A DNA stretch of 62,965 nucleotides, the filler included, from Octopus bimaculoides (lineage: Eukaryota), in the NCBI RefSeq assembly GCF_001194135.2. It is 3 parts of 3 records of this genome, joined end to end, with 100 filler letters (N's around TTAATTAATTAA, not from the genome) between each part and the next. Parts side by side here need not be neighbours in the genome. Positions count along the whole stretch, not along the records: positions 30,012 to 59,132 come from NC_069003.1; positions 59,233 to 62,965 come from NC_068996.1; 1 more part is not named here. One strand, 5' to 3'. Positions 50,630 through 62,965 of the stretch are shown one piece after another; position 1 is the stretch's first letter, and each line of letters opens with the position of its first letter. Below the pieces are notes generated by a model, which was not told where the DNA came from, did not search any database, and saw nothing but the letters and a program-made list of their open reading frames with translations. The position numbers and the translations under genes were made by a program.

Positions 50630-51000
50630 GCCTGACTGAGTGGTTAAGAAGCATGCTTCTTAATCATGTGGTCTTGCGTTCAGTCCCACTACACGACACC
50701 TTAGTAAATGGACCAAAACTTTGAGGGTGGATTTAGTAAATGGAAACCGAAAGAAGGCCGTAATGTGTATGTATGTATGTATGTATGTATGTGTGTGTTG
50801 TGTTTGTATGTGTGCATGTGTGTGTGTTGTGTTTGCCCCCTCCCCTGCTTGATAAGTGGTGTTGGTTTGTTTACATCCTCGTAACCTAGCGGTTCGGCAA
50901 AAGAACCCGGTAGAATAAATATCAGGCTCTAAAACCCTTCTCAAGGTGGTGCCCCAGCATGGCTGCGATCCGATGACTAAACCAAGTAAAAACAAAAGAA
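50630..51000 (+). mobile_element. Near-complete family-C SINE
   Basis: tggcctgactgagtggttaagaagc (A box), gttcagtcccactac (B-box region), central (TG/TATG)n, and tail gcggttcggcaaaaga...ccagcatggctgc. Confidence 0.8.
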
Positions 51001-51255
51001 ATTCACAGAATATAAAACCCCACCTTGATTGGCTTTGCATAGTTCTGTTTTCAATGCAGCAACGCAAGGGATCACCTCGTCTAGCACTCGATTTCTTTAT
51101 TTTCAAACTTTACAAACTTTTAGATTTGATTATAAATATGGTTGTTTAACAGAAAACAACCACTGAAGAAGAAATATCAAACGACTTTGCTGTACAGCGG
51201 CTTCACTTCCCATTACCTATGTCTATGTATGTATGTATGTATGTATGTATGTATG

Positions 51256-51297
<42 letters not shown>

Positions 51298-51671
51298 AAG
51301 ACACACATATTTCTATTTATCTCTACATGTGTCCACACACGCGCACATACAGACACACACCCATATACAAACACACACAATATAAACATTTGGGCAATGA
51401 TCTCCTCCACGTGCAATGTCGTATAGATCATACTGTCTCATACATTACCACTTATGTGTACTTAACTATCAGCTTACACACACTTAGACAGTCATTGACG
51501 TCTCAACGCGAAATCTCCCTCTCTCTCGCTCACTTTCCATTCGCTGTTATCACTCTCTCAGTAGGTGTGTGCGATGTCCGCGGGGTTGTGTGTGTGTGTA
51601 TGTGTACATTCATACAAAGTCGCATACATATACACACGTACACAAATATATATGTCTGTGATTACACATAA

Positions 51672-51711
<40 letters not shown>

Positions 51712-51892
51712 TTATATACATAGACTTATAAAAACAACTACACATACATGCATATGTGTGTACATGCGCGTTTGTGTGTGTGTGTATGTGTGTGCGTGCG
51801 CGCGCGTTTGTGTTTGCATATACATACCCACAAATATGTAGACAAGTATTTACACACGCACGCGTACACATATTTATACACATCTTGACACT

Positions 51893-51937
<45 letters not shown>

Positions 51938-53904
51938 CTCTTCGAGGAACACAAATCCTTATAGGCACACACACATAAATATATGCGTGCACGTGTGTGT
52001 GCGTGCATTCATGCGCGATTGTGTGTGTGTCGAGGGAGGGGGTACATGTGATATCAAATTCAATGAAGGAGATCAAATCACGGAAAGCAGTCACTGGTGG
52101 CAATATCCTATTTCATTTAATTCGTCTAAATAACATATAAGCTAATTACAAATGAAATGTTTTGTTTCTTAACAAACAACAGATTATTTGTACGCAATAG
52201 AACACGGTTTATATAATAACAAACCTGCCATCAGTTCAAATATGCGTTCGAACCCGTAACAAGATCATTCACTGTTTTTTGTCATGAAGAACATTTCTCG
52301 CTGGAGACAAATAGGTGTATTCCGTAGTTTACATAATGGCATTTTCGTACAGCTTTAACAAGGCTGGAAAGGGTGGCTCTCATCTTTTATATTTTCACCG
52401 CCTTCAAGACTGGTGGTAAGAAGGCGGAGGTTATCCTCAAACCGGAAGCCCAGTGCGCATGCCCTGCAACAGAAAAGACTCTTGCTACAGGCGCAGAGGC
52501 TGCTAAGTTGTAATTTTAAACCAAATGATGGATTAAATCAGCCATCCCAAAGACCATGGAACTCAGAGACGGAATAAATACTGCAAAGTCTCTAGTCCCA
52601 CGCTCGAACAATCCAGCCAATGAACTGCTCCATTCATTCTCAAAGTATCTCTCATATCCCGTGACTCAGTACAATCCCATTTTATCTCAACCAAACTGTT
52701 TCCTCGTTTAACGCTGATTCACTATAACGCTTTTCTTTACTGCGATAGTCTCTTTTACTCGTTTCAGACATTTGACTGCGGCCATGCTGGAACACCGCTT
52801 TTAGTCGAACAAATCGACCACAGAACTTATTCTTTGTAAGCCTAGTACTTATTCTATCGGTCTTTTGCCGAACCGCTAAGTTACGTACGTAAACACACCA
52901 GCATTGCTATGTCGTTTTGTTTTTGTAGTCCAATATTAACTTAGTATTTACTCTTCACATTGTCTGCATTATAACATAAAGTATAATGCTATATAACACG
53001 TGTTTTTTGTGGTTTCTAGCGGGAAGCAAGAATCCGCCAATCTCAGTTTTGTGTCCTTTCATCTTCATCCAATCTCCTTCCTTATCACATCTGACTGTTA
53101 TTTCCCCTTCTGTTGGTTTCCTTAAAGAGAAGAAACAGTTTTCCTTTGTTCATGTTTTTGCATCAGTATTTATTAGTTTTCCGTTATTCTTCAATAGATA
53201 TTTTCATAAATTAACAACAGATATTTTAAAATAGATATTTATCAACAAAAATGCTTATCAGAGATAAATATAATCTTTCTGTGGCAGGTTAGTATATACT
53301 AAAGGTAGTCCTATTTAGGATATACTAAATTATGATTACATTGTCTAGTATATATAATTTACGTATATATGTAAATATACATATATGTTTATATATAAAC
53401 ATACGTATATAGTCTTACTAATTCATTAAGCCTCTATTTAAGAATATTCTAAATATAACTTTAGGTGAACTAGATTGTTGTTGTTTATTACATAATTCGT
53501 TTTGCACCAAGACATATTTTAAGTATCAATCTGAAGTTTTTATAACATTCCTTAAACATTTACTTGTGAGCTCTGTACTCTGTCTAGTACATTGGTTCTT
53601 AAACATTTTAATTCTGTTATCCCTGTTTCTTTATCCATCATGATATTAACGACATTAATCAATTTTCTCTTTTAAAATTGCCCTGACCTATTACAAAATC
53701 CAATTCTCGTTAATTTCTTAAATAAATTTGTATACTATCTGCAGCAGTGTTTCTAGTTGTTTATCGTTTACAAATCGAGGTCATCTATAAACAAAAAATA
53801 GTTGGTTGTCCTATTATAGCATTTATATACGGGTATGGTTGGATTTATTATATTCATTGAATGTGTTAGCGCCAGGCAAAAAAATAATGACTGGTAAGAA
53901 AAAG

Positions 53905-53995
<91 letters not shown>

Positions 53996-54010
53996 GTGAG
54001 AGAGAGAGAA

Positions 54011-54853
54011 AGGCATTTCAATTCCATGGCTTCCTTCAAATCTTTCTCGTTTCATTAACAATACAGCGCACTTTTTAATCCCGAATTCCATTCCTACATT
54101 ATTTTAGTTTGTCTACCACAGCAATGTCTCATGTCCGAGCGTCGATTAGGAAGTCATATTGGATTGTATAATCTCACAGGATCTTATATTCGTTGGTCTC
54201 AGTGACCCCATCCGGTTCATGTTTGTACCATCTCCGTGCTCTATTCAGACAATACTTTTTACATAGTCTCCAGTGAACAAACTTAGCCAGTTATCGTGCT
54301 TATTTTGGGGCCAACTTGCTGCACTCACTCACAATATGTAGGATTGTCTCGTTTTTGCTGCCACACATTCTACAAAGCCGCAATTCACTGCTCTTATCTC
54401 TTTGGAACTTAGTGTAATTAATTCTCAGAGCTTGTTCCTGGGCGCTGCATATCAATGCCTCAGTGCATCCTCCTTTCAGATCACTTTTTCTTAGCCACCT
54501 CCAACTGTTGGCCTTGACTTTCCCTTCGATTTCTCTGAGGTATTGGCCATGCATTGCTTTCATTTCCAGTTGTTTATTCCTTGTTTTTCATTTTGTTTCT
54601 TAAATGTTTTTGGGTGCGTCACATTTTCGGTAGGTATCGTGTTATTATTTCTAACAGCGGCAAGATGTTTGATGTACCATCCCAGACAGTTCTCGTTGGC
54701 AACACAGATCTTGCATCCTATGAGACCTCTTCCTCCCTTGTTCCTAGGCACACACAGTCTATCAATATCGCTTTTTGGGTGCAGTTCCTTGTTAATTGTC
54801 ATCTCTTCCCCGGTTTTTCTCTCCATTTCCTCAAGCTCACTCTTATTTCTTTC
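54011..54853 (-). mobile_element. Decayed R4/Dong-clade (RLE) non-LTR retrotransposon fragment
   Basis: LHPKSDIDRLCVPRNKGGRGL, MHGQYLR, TEALICSAQEQAL, CCHC finger CRMCGSKNETILHIVSEC, HD.LAKFVHW.LC, WYKHEP, KIL*DYTIQ and DIAVVDK (RLE domain); stops and frameshifts; 5' end abuts (TAA)n. Confidence 0.88.
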
Positions 54854-54934
<81 letters not shown>

Positions 54935-54941
54935 CATTATT
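54854..54941. repeat. (TAT/TAA)n microsatellite; similar tracts at 30061-30140, 37568-37655, 37856-37981 and 47705-47775
   Basis: Direct inspection. Confidence 0.95.
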
Positions 54942-55790
54942 ATGGCGGTGAGCTGGCAGAATGGTTAGCACACCTGGCGAAATGCTTAGCAGTATTTCGT
55001 CTGCTACTACGNNNNNNNNNNNNNNNNNNNNNNNNNNNNNNNNNNNNNNNNNNNNNNNNNNNNNNNNNNNNNNNNNNNNNNNNNNNNNNNNNNNNNNNNN
55101 NNNNNNNNNNNNNNNNNNNNNNNNNNNNNNNNNNNNNNNNNNNNNNNNNNNNNNNNNNNNNNNNNNNNNNNNNNNNNNNNNNNNNNNNNNNNNNNNNNNN
55201 NNNNNNNNNNNNNNNNNNNNNNNNNNNNNNNNNNNNNNNNNNNNNNNNNNNNNNNNNNNNNNNNNNNNNNNNNNNNNNNNNNNNNNNNNNNNNNNNNNNN
55301 NNNNNNNNNNNNNNNNNNNNNNNNNNNNNNNNNNNNNNNNNNNNNNNNNNNNNNNNNNNNNNNNNNNNNNNNNNNNNNNNNNNNNNNNNNNNNNNNNNNN
55401 NNNNNNNNNNNNNNNNNNNNNNNNNNNNNNNNNNNNNNNNNNNNNNNNNNNNNNNNNNNNNNNNNNNNNNNNNNNNNNNNNNNNNNNNNNNNNNNNNNNN
55501 NNNNNNNNNNNNNNNNNNNNNNNNNNNNNNNNNNNNNNNNNNNNNNNNNNNNNNNNNNNNNNNNNNNNNNNNNNNNNNNNNNNNNNNNNNNNNNNNNNNN
55601 NNNNNNNNNNNNNNNNNNNNNNNNNNNNNNNNNNNNNNNNNNNNNNNNNNNNNNNNNNNNNNNNNNNNNNNNNNNNNNNNNNNNNNNNNNNNNNNNNNNN
55701 NNNNNNNNNNNNNNNNNNNNNNNNNNNNNNNNNNNNNNNNNNNNNNNNNNNNNNNNNNNNNNNNNNNNNNNNNNNNNNNNNNNNNNNNNN

Positions 55791-55848
<58 letters not shown>

Positions 55849-56312
55849 CGAAATCCTTTATTTTCGAGATTAAGGATTTATTGACATAACTAAGTAACAC
55901 TAGAATTTCAGCCATCACTATCCTATATGTATAGTCTGTCTCAGACGACACTGGCCAATGTACTCTTCCTTGTTCAGAAAGTAGGGTGAAATTGAAAGAA
56001 TTTGGTTGCTATTTCTGGTACTTCTGGTAACCGTATAAAGGCCCTTCATTTGGCTTATTACATTTGTTGTTTTAATGGAAGTTTTGATCAGAAAATGAAC
56101 GACAGTGGATTTAGACCAAAATAAACAGAAGCACTGAGTCTGTTACCTTGGCATTTTTCGCTTTTAGCTACAAGTGTGAAAATTGTAGCCTAGGTATTCT
56201 TGAGATTTTCAACAGCAGCAACTAAAACAACAGGTACTTTTGCCAGCCGTAATGAAATCTTAAACTGTGCTGGGGATGGAATCGAATGACTGTTTGTAAT
56301 CAAGCCATAATA

Positions 56313-56352
<40 letters not shown>

Positions 56353-57554
56353 TGTTTTTATGCTTTTATGAATGCATGTATGTGTGTATATTGTGTGATT
56401 GGGGCTTGTAGAGTTTATGAGTATATTCTGAGCAGGCACCTGTCCGATGGCAATGCTGTAGAAAAAAGGATGTTTAAAGGAATGTCAGTGTATTGAGATA
56501 AGAATGTCTGTATGTATAGTTGATATGAGTTGAGACATATGTTGCGTAAATATATCTATGTACATCAAAGTAGGGATGGATCTACATCTATCCGTCAACG
56601 TTTGGAACCGTCGAGATCAGTTATGTTAATCAAAAGTCTACATGTATTGTACATATTAATGTGTATAAATAATTTATGAATATATGTATGTAGCTAGAGA
56701 TGTAAAAGTGGATTTATCTTAGCAAAGATCACTGTCATCCTCAGACATTGTTATACTGAACAGTTGATTGAGAGTCCCTAAGGTTTAGGGACAAATGTTC
56801 GTTTATATCTACTGTACTTTTGCTATCAATAAATACTATACGCCTCAAAGTTTTCCTTTCTCTATGGGCCTATAATATTGAGATGCTAGTCACTGAGTGA
56901 CTTATGTTGTATTTCCAGTCGTGACTACTCTGGTTTACTATCCAAACGTAGAATATCCGAGAATACATTTTCCACGATGTCCACGATGGTTGGTGTGAAT
57001 TGAGGTGTAACGATGTTGTTGCTCTTGTTAATCCGCAAAATAGATCCGACTCTGTTGAGCTATGATTATCGCCCTTCAAGTAGTGATTAACATATCCATC
57101 TACAAGATGAGACAGTATAAACTGGGCAAGTATTATTCAGCGTCTCTCTCTCTCTCTCTCTTTTTATTACGGTAGGGTATGATTTGAGGACGATTACGCT
57201 ACTACTTCTAGACGGTAAATCACCGTGAAGGGTCCCATGTAGGTAGATAGTTTATGTTAATGTCAAGTTGGCTACTTTTGGCATTGCTATATCAATAATT
57301 ATAGGAATTAGTCAACCGATGATAATCACCTACACCAACTTCCTAATCTCCGTCTCTGTTCCACTTGTAAATGTTATATTCTTAGGATCAAATCCTGTCT
57401 GAGGCACATACACACACATACACGAGGGTATTTACATACATATGCATAGAAATGAAACTGATAAGTGTGTATGTAACTATATGTGTGTATACGTATATAA
57501 TACTTATACATAAAATTATATTTATATACATATATATGCACATCTCTCTCTCAC

Positions 57555-57621
<67 letters not shown>

Positions 57622-57680
57622 ACATACATACATACATACATACATACATACATTCATACAGACATTCATACACACATATA

Positions 57681-58092
57681 TCTATATATATAAAACTGAG
57701 AATGAGTGTCTGTCTGTCGGTGTGTGTATCACTAAAACTCGAGAGCTACCCAATCGATTTCATTCAAATTTCACACATGCTTTACTTGGGGCCCATGCAA
57801 TATCATGGGCCCAAAACCTTTTCAACTTCTTGCCTAATGCGAGCCCGGAACGATCACTTATCTCCTTTACTGTTTCAGTATTACGTGTCAAAAGTGAAAC
57901 AATAACGTCTCTATTAATACTTTCACTATTTTATGGGTTCAATTTCAATTACTTTCATTATGCATCTTTATAATACGTTCAGTATGCATTTGTATATATT
58001 TATATGTATGTGTATATATATGTGTGTGTATATATATTTATGTATGTATATGAATGTGTACGTATGTATACATATGTATTTATAGATATGTA

Positions 58093-58137
<45 letters not shown>

Positions 58138-58489
58138 NNNNNNNNNNNNNNNNNNNNNNNNNNNNNNNNNNNNNNNNNNNNNNNNNNNNNNNNNNNNNNN
58201 NNNNNNNNNNNNNNNNNNNNNNNNNNNNNNNNNNNNNNNNNNNNNNNNNNNNNNNNNNNNNNNNNNNNNNNNNNNNNNNNNNNNNNNNNNNNNNNNNNNN
58301 NNNNNNNNNNNNNNNNNNNNNNNNNNNNNNNNNNNNNNNNNNNNNNNNNNNNNNNNNNNNNNNNNNNNNNNNNNNNNNNNNNNNNNNNNNNNNNNNNNNN
58401 NNNNNNNNNNNNNNNNNTATATATATTATATATATATATTATATATAAGAGAGGTGACGACCGAAATCCCTATACTTCATTTACTGTAC

Positions 58490-58521
<32 letters not shown>

Positions 58522-58562
58522 TTATGCATATATATATATACTTATGTATTTATATTTATTTG

Positions 58563-58604
<42 letters not shown>

Positions 58605-59096
58605 CGTGTGCGTATATATACATGTATATATATGTACGTACATTTATGTATATATATGTATGTATATGTATACATATACATATATATGTATATGTACGTA
58701 TATATATATGTATACGTACGTATATATATGTAAGTGTATGTTATATATGACTATATATATGTATATATATAGGTATATATGTATATATATACATATATGT
58801 GTGTAGAAAGAGGACAGTCGTATATATGTGTATATTTGAGTGTGTGTGTATGTGTGTGTTTGTACCCCCACCATTACTTGATGACCGATGTTGCTATGTT
58901 TACATTCCCATAACTGAAGGGTTTAGCAAAAGACAATGATAGGATAAGTACTAAGTTTACAAACAATAAATCCAGTGGTCGATTTCTTCGACCAAAGGCG
59001 GTGCTCCCGCATGGCCGCAGTCACATGACTGAAACAGTTAAAACAATAAAAAAACTATGCTATTTTAACCCCGGGCAAGACCGGGTATCTCTGCTA

Positions 59097-59097
<1 letters not shown>
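57681..59097 (+). mobile_element. Non-autonomous Helitron-like element (internal gap, microsatellites and a nested SINE)
   Basis: 5' A|TCtatatatataaaactgagaatg; 3' GC hairpin cccgggcaagaccggg followed by CTAG|T at 59094-59098. The two ends may belong to different insertions. Confidence 0.6.
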
Positions 59098-59132
<35 letters not shown>

Positions 59133-59232
59133 NNNNNNNNNNNNNNNNNNNNNNNNNNNNNNNNNNNNNNNNNNNNTTAATTAATTAANNNNNNNNNNNN
59201 NNNNNNNNNNNNNNNNNNNNNNNNNNNNNNNN
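59133..59232. other. Artificial 100-bp scaffold spacer (44 N + TTAATTAATTAA + 44 N)
   Basis: Same structure as 29912-30011. Confidence 0.92.
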
Positions 59233-59604
59233 CAGGGTCAAACACTGTCTGTAGCTGGTCTTCTCTTGGAAGAGCCCTGCTTCTCACATGGACAACTGTA
59301 TGTTGGCTGCTCAAGAGTGGGCAGCAAAAAAAACCTATTTGTATATGCTCCACAAGGGAAAACAAGGAACATTGTTTACAATGACGTGTTATAATCACAA
59401 CAGCAAGAAAGTATGTACATGATCACCTTCTTTTACGAAACTTCATTGACTTTCATATATTTATATTGATATACATATGTATACGTGTGTTTGGGTGCGT
59501 GTGTGTATATACATCTCTATATATAAAGATGATGCGTAGTCTAGACGGCGTTTTTAGATTTCATTATTCTCTTTAACCAGGGCAACGCCGGGTATTTCTA
59601 CTAG
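59233..59604 (+). mobile_element. Helitron 3' fragment: PIF1-like helicase C-terminus plus terminal hairpin/CTAG
   Basis: QGQTLSVAGLLLEEPCFSHGQLYVGCSRVGS(KKN, -1 frameshift in a poly-A run)LFVYAPQGKTRNIVYNDVL* ending at 59394; hairpin ccagggcaacgccggg (59577-59592); CTAG|T at 59601-59605. Confidence 0.88.
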
Positions 59605-61648
59605 TATATTTATATAGAGTGGTGTATTTTGCCTAAATTTTTATATTTTGGATTACTTGGAAGGACATCAACTCCAAAGCCTTCACTCATCTTTATATTA
59701 ATTTCCATCTCATCTGCTATTTCTACAAACCCTTCACTATTTTTTCAAATGGCTTGCATATATATTTATATATAGCAATCTGTGTATCATTCTTAAAGCA
59801 GAACACTATCAAAAGCCTGATGAAGTGCAAAATTCCTCTTCAGTCACTACCTCAAGACAAATACAGTTTATCAAGCTTTCAATATATCTACTTTAAGCAT
59901 GTTACATAGATTGTTATTTTAAACTAATGCTGCTTCTGCTGTTCAAAGCAAATTTATATATTTTTATTCTTTATCAGAGTTTAACCCCAGAACAGCCTTA
60001 ACTCAGTTGACTCACGATTAAACATGTTTCAGCCATGACCAATCCATTCTTTTCTCAAGCATTGTTTGCCTTGAAGTACATTATCCATTATATCTGTTCT
60101 GTTTACTAGTATAAAAATTGAAAACAATTTGGCTACTATTTGCAGTTGCTCAAGTGATCAGATAGAGGCTCCTCTTTTCTTCCTTATACTGTTGTTTAAT
60201 TTGAAATTCAACATTTCAAATTTCAAATTTATGTTTTTTGATGAGATACACAATTATTTATTACAGTACAATTAATTAGTTCAAACCGCAACTTTCCCTC
60301 CTTGTATACTACTGCTGCTTATTCTGTTGATCCTGGTGCCATTTGAAACTATTAAATTCTACATTCTCAACTTTCTCGTGACTGTCTGTAGCATGAAATT
60401 GTTTTTTTTTTTAAAAAAACAGAATACCAAACTCTCAAGTTTTGGCACCAAATGTGCTGTAATATGATACAGGAACTTCTTTGCCACTTAACATTGCAAT
60501 GAGCAGCTTCAATTTACAGTTGAATAGAATAAAAAATAAAAATAAAAGAAAATATTGATATAAACAAAAATGTGCAATTTGTAAAAAATGAGAAGAAAAA
60601 AAAAGCTCAGCAAAATAAATTTTAAATGTTTATTGTCTTAATATATTTCACAGATCATCATCTGTGAAATTACTTCTACTACAACAATAACTGCTGCTGC
60701 CACCCCTGCCACCGCTACCGCCACCACCACCACCACTACAACCACCACCACCACTGATGATGATTATGATGATGATAATAACATCCATTTTCCATGCTGG
60801 CATGGGTTATTTGGAGTGATAAGATCCAGTGAGCCACAAAGCTGCATTGTCAACCTTGGCGTAGTTTCTGTGACTGGATGCCCTCAAAATTCATGTTTAC
60901 TATATTAGCCAAATAGTAAAATTCTTTTCAAGTTCAAATTTTAAACTGCACTACACATGTGTGTTTGCTTATATTCAAACAAACAATATTTTTGAATAAA
61001 TTACTCACTAATGAATTATGCAGGATAATACATTCCTTTTTAGTTGCACTAATGCCAACCACTTAGTGTTGGGTGCCTTTTTTCATGTGATCAGCACTTC
61101 TTTATGTAGTTGTCCTCATCCATACACATCACATGACCAAACCAACACAGTCTTTTCTCTTGCACACCATATCTGTTTCTTCTTATGTCTAATCTCTCTT
61201 TCTGTATGTTAGCACTCTGTTGTACATTCATACTTACATTGCACAGCCAATAGAACATATTAGTTTCATTCCTCTCCAGTCTTCACATGTTCTCAGCATT
61301 CAGATGTTACATCTCACTAATATGTAGCAATGCAGTTTGTACCCAAGCATCATACAATCTGCTTTGAGAGAGTGGGGGGAGGACTTTTACTGCCAACAAG
61401 AGTAAAAGTTTTCTGAATTTTCTCCAATGTGTTCATTGCTTATATGTATCTTCTACATATAAACCTAACTTTCTCCATTAGCCTGCCTGTAATTCTGCTA
61501 TACCTCTTGAGTGTCCATAGTTTGCACTGGTTACACCTTGTGAGTTCCTGTGTACACCTTTCCTATGTATTGAGCAGGGCCTTTTATCTCAAGGGAGTAG
61601 AATTAACTTTCAAGCCCTTTGATTCCAAGCTTTGCTTCCACACCTGGA

Positions 61649-62685
61649 ATCATCATCATCATTTAACGTCCATTTTCCATGCTAGCATGGGTTGGATGGT
61701 TTGACCAGGGTCTGGGAAACCAGGAGGCTGCACCAGGCTCCAGTCTGATCTGGCAGTGTTTCTACAGCTGGATGCCCTTCCTAACACCAATCACTCCATG
61801 AGTGTAGTGGGTGCTTTTTACGTGCTACCTGCACAGGGGCCAGAGGAGGCTGGCAAGGGCCACGATCGGTTGGTGCTTTTTACGTGCCACCGGCATGGAA
61901 GCCAGTCGAGGCGGCGCTGGCATCAGCCACGTTCAGATAGCTTTTTACGTTCCACCGGCACAGGTATCACAACTACAATTTCCATTTGATTTTTATTTTG
62001 ATGTTGATGTACTTGACTCAAGTTCTCCTCAAGCACAGCAGGTCATCCTACGATCCAAGGTACTTTGAATGGGCTGGGGCTGGTTATGTGAAGCTGGTGT
62101 AGGATACAGTCATGAACTCACTTTATTTGTCGGGTCTTCGCAGTCACAGCATATCTCCAGAGGTCTCAGTCTTTCGTCATTGCTTCTGTGAGGCCCAATG
62201 TTTGAAGGTCATGCTTAACCACCTCATCCCATGTCTTCTTGGGTCTACCTCTACCCCAAATTCCTTCAACTGTTTGGGAGTGGCACTTCATCACACAGCT
62301 CTCCTCATCCATCCATAGTACATAACCATACCAGTGCAAACGTCTCTCTTGCATGCCACATCTGATGCTTCTTATGTCCAACATTTCTCTCAGGGCGCTT
62401 ACACTCTGTCATGTGTGCACACTGACATTATACATCCAGTGAATCATGCTAGCTTTATTTCTTTCGAGCCTACACATGTCTTCAGCAGTCACGGCCCATG
62501 TTTCACTGCCATGAAGCATGGCAGTTCGCACACATGCATCGTACAATCTACCTTTCACTCTTTTCCAATTTTGATACTGCTATAAATTCTGCTATGAGAG
62601 CAAGATCATCAGCATATAGTAGTTCCCAGGGGCAGCTGGTCCTAAATTCCTCTGTTATAGCCTGGAGGATGATAATGAATAGAGC
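61649..62685 (-). mobile_element. RTE-clade LINE, internally deleted 3' portion with 3' UTR and (ATG)n tail
   Basis: LFIIILQAITEEFRTSCPWELLYADDLALIAE (RT YADD motif), KGRLYDACVRTAMLHGSETW, RRLHWYGYV and GRGRPKKTW; ends in a gatgatgat tail near 61649. A related UTR remnant lies at about 60770-60885. Confidence 0.9.
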
Positions 62686-62965
62686 TCTAGAGACTTCTGA
62701 TGAGGGAACATTACTATGACAGTTTCCAATATCATTTGCTGTAAGGAAGTGAAGGCTCCCAGACTCATTTCAGGGTTGTCTCTCTTGTGATACATTAGTA
62801 CACATGATTGCTAGGAAGTTAGAAATGGTTTCTCCATTCCATCAGAAGGTGACCATGAAATGTCTATTGATGTTTTAACATCTATTGCCTAAAGTGAGAA
62901 TTTTTCTCAACCGCAATCACCAGTGAATGAATAAATAAACAAATGTAAATATATATATATATATA

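Noticed and set aside
7985-58874. Long ORF-track entries rich in X, YI, HT, CV, SL, RE, or poly-I/N/Y/L
   Set aside because: They are translations of N gaps and di-/trinucleotide microsatellites, not genes.

Overview
Repeat-rich, gap-containing eukaryotic sequence; the microsatellite load and SINE/LINE types look like an octopus (coleoid cephalopod) draft assembly, which is my inference. The only clear protein-coding gene is a Wnt10 orthologue on the minus strand. Four coding exons (43557-43822, 32215-32477, 31425-31565, 30434-30916) splice in frame with GT-AG junctions into 383 aa; the signal-peptide exon could not be located. The rest is transposon-derived or simple repeat: a decayed full-length mariner nested in a foldback repeat, a pogo fragment, Tc1/mariner and hAT MITEs, Helitron ends and a helicase remnant, CR1/L2, R4/Dong and RTE LINE fragments, dozens of tRNA-derived SINEs, mini- and microsatellites. 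Two 100-bp spacers (44 N + TTAATTAATTAA + 44 N) are artificial scaffold joins, so the window is three stitched pieces. Best leads: (1) two copies of a short repeat carrying a degenerate minimal hammerhead-ribozyme-like fold; (2) a 76-aa, 30 K/R polybasic linker in Wnt10 with furin-type sites; (3) inverted SINEs tightly flanking one Wnt10 exon; (4) R4/Dong copies inserted in (TAA)n; (5) a 2x2 head/tail SINE shuffle. No CRISPR, rRNA or real tRNA gene is supported, and I cannot establish a wholly new system from sequence alone.
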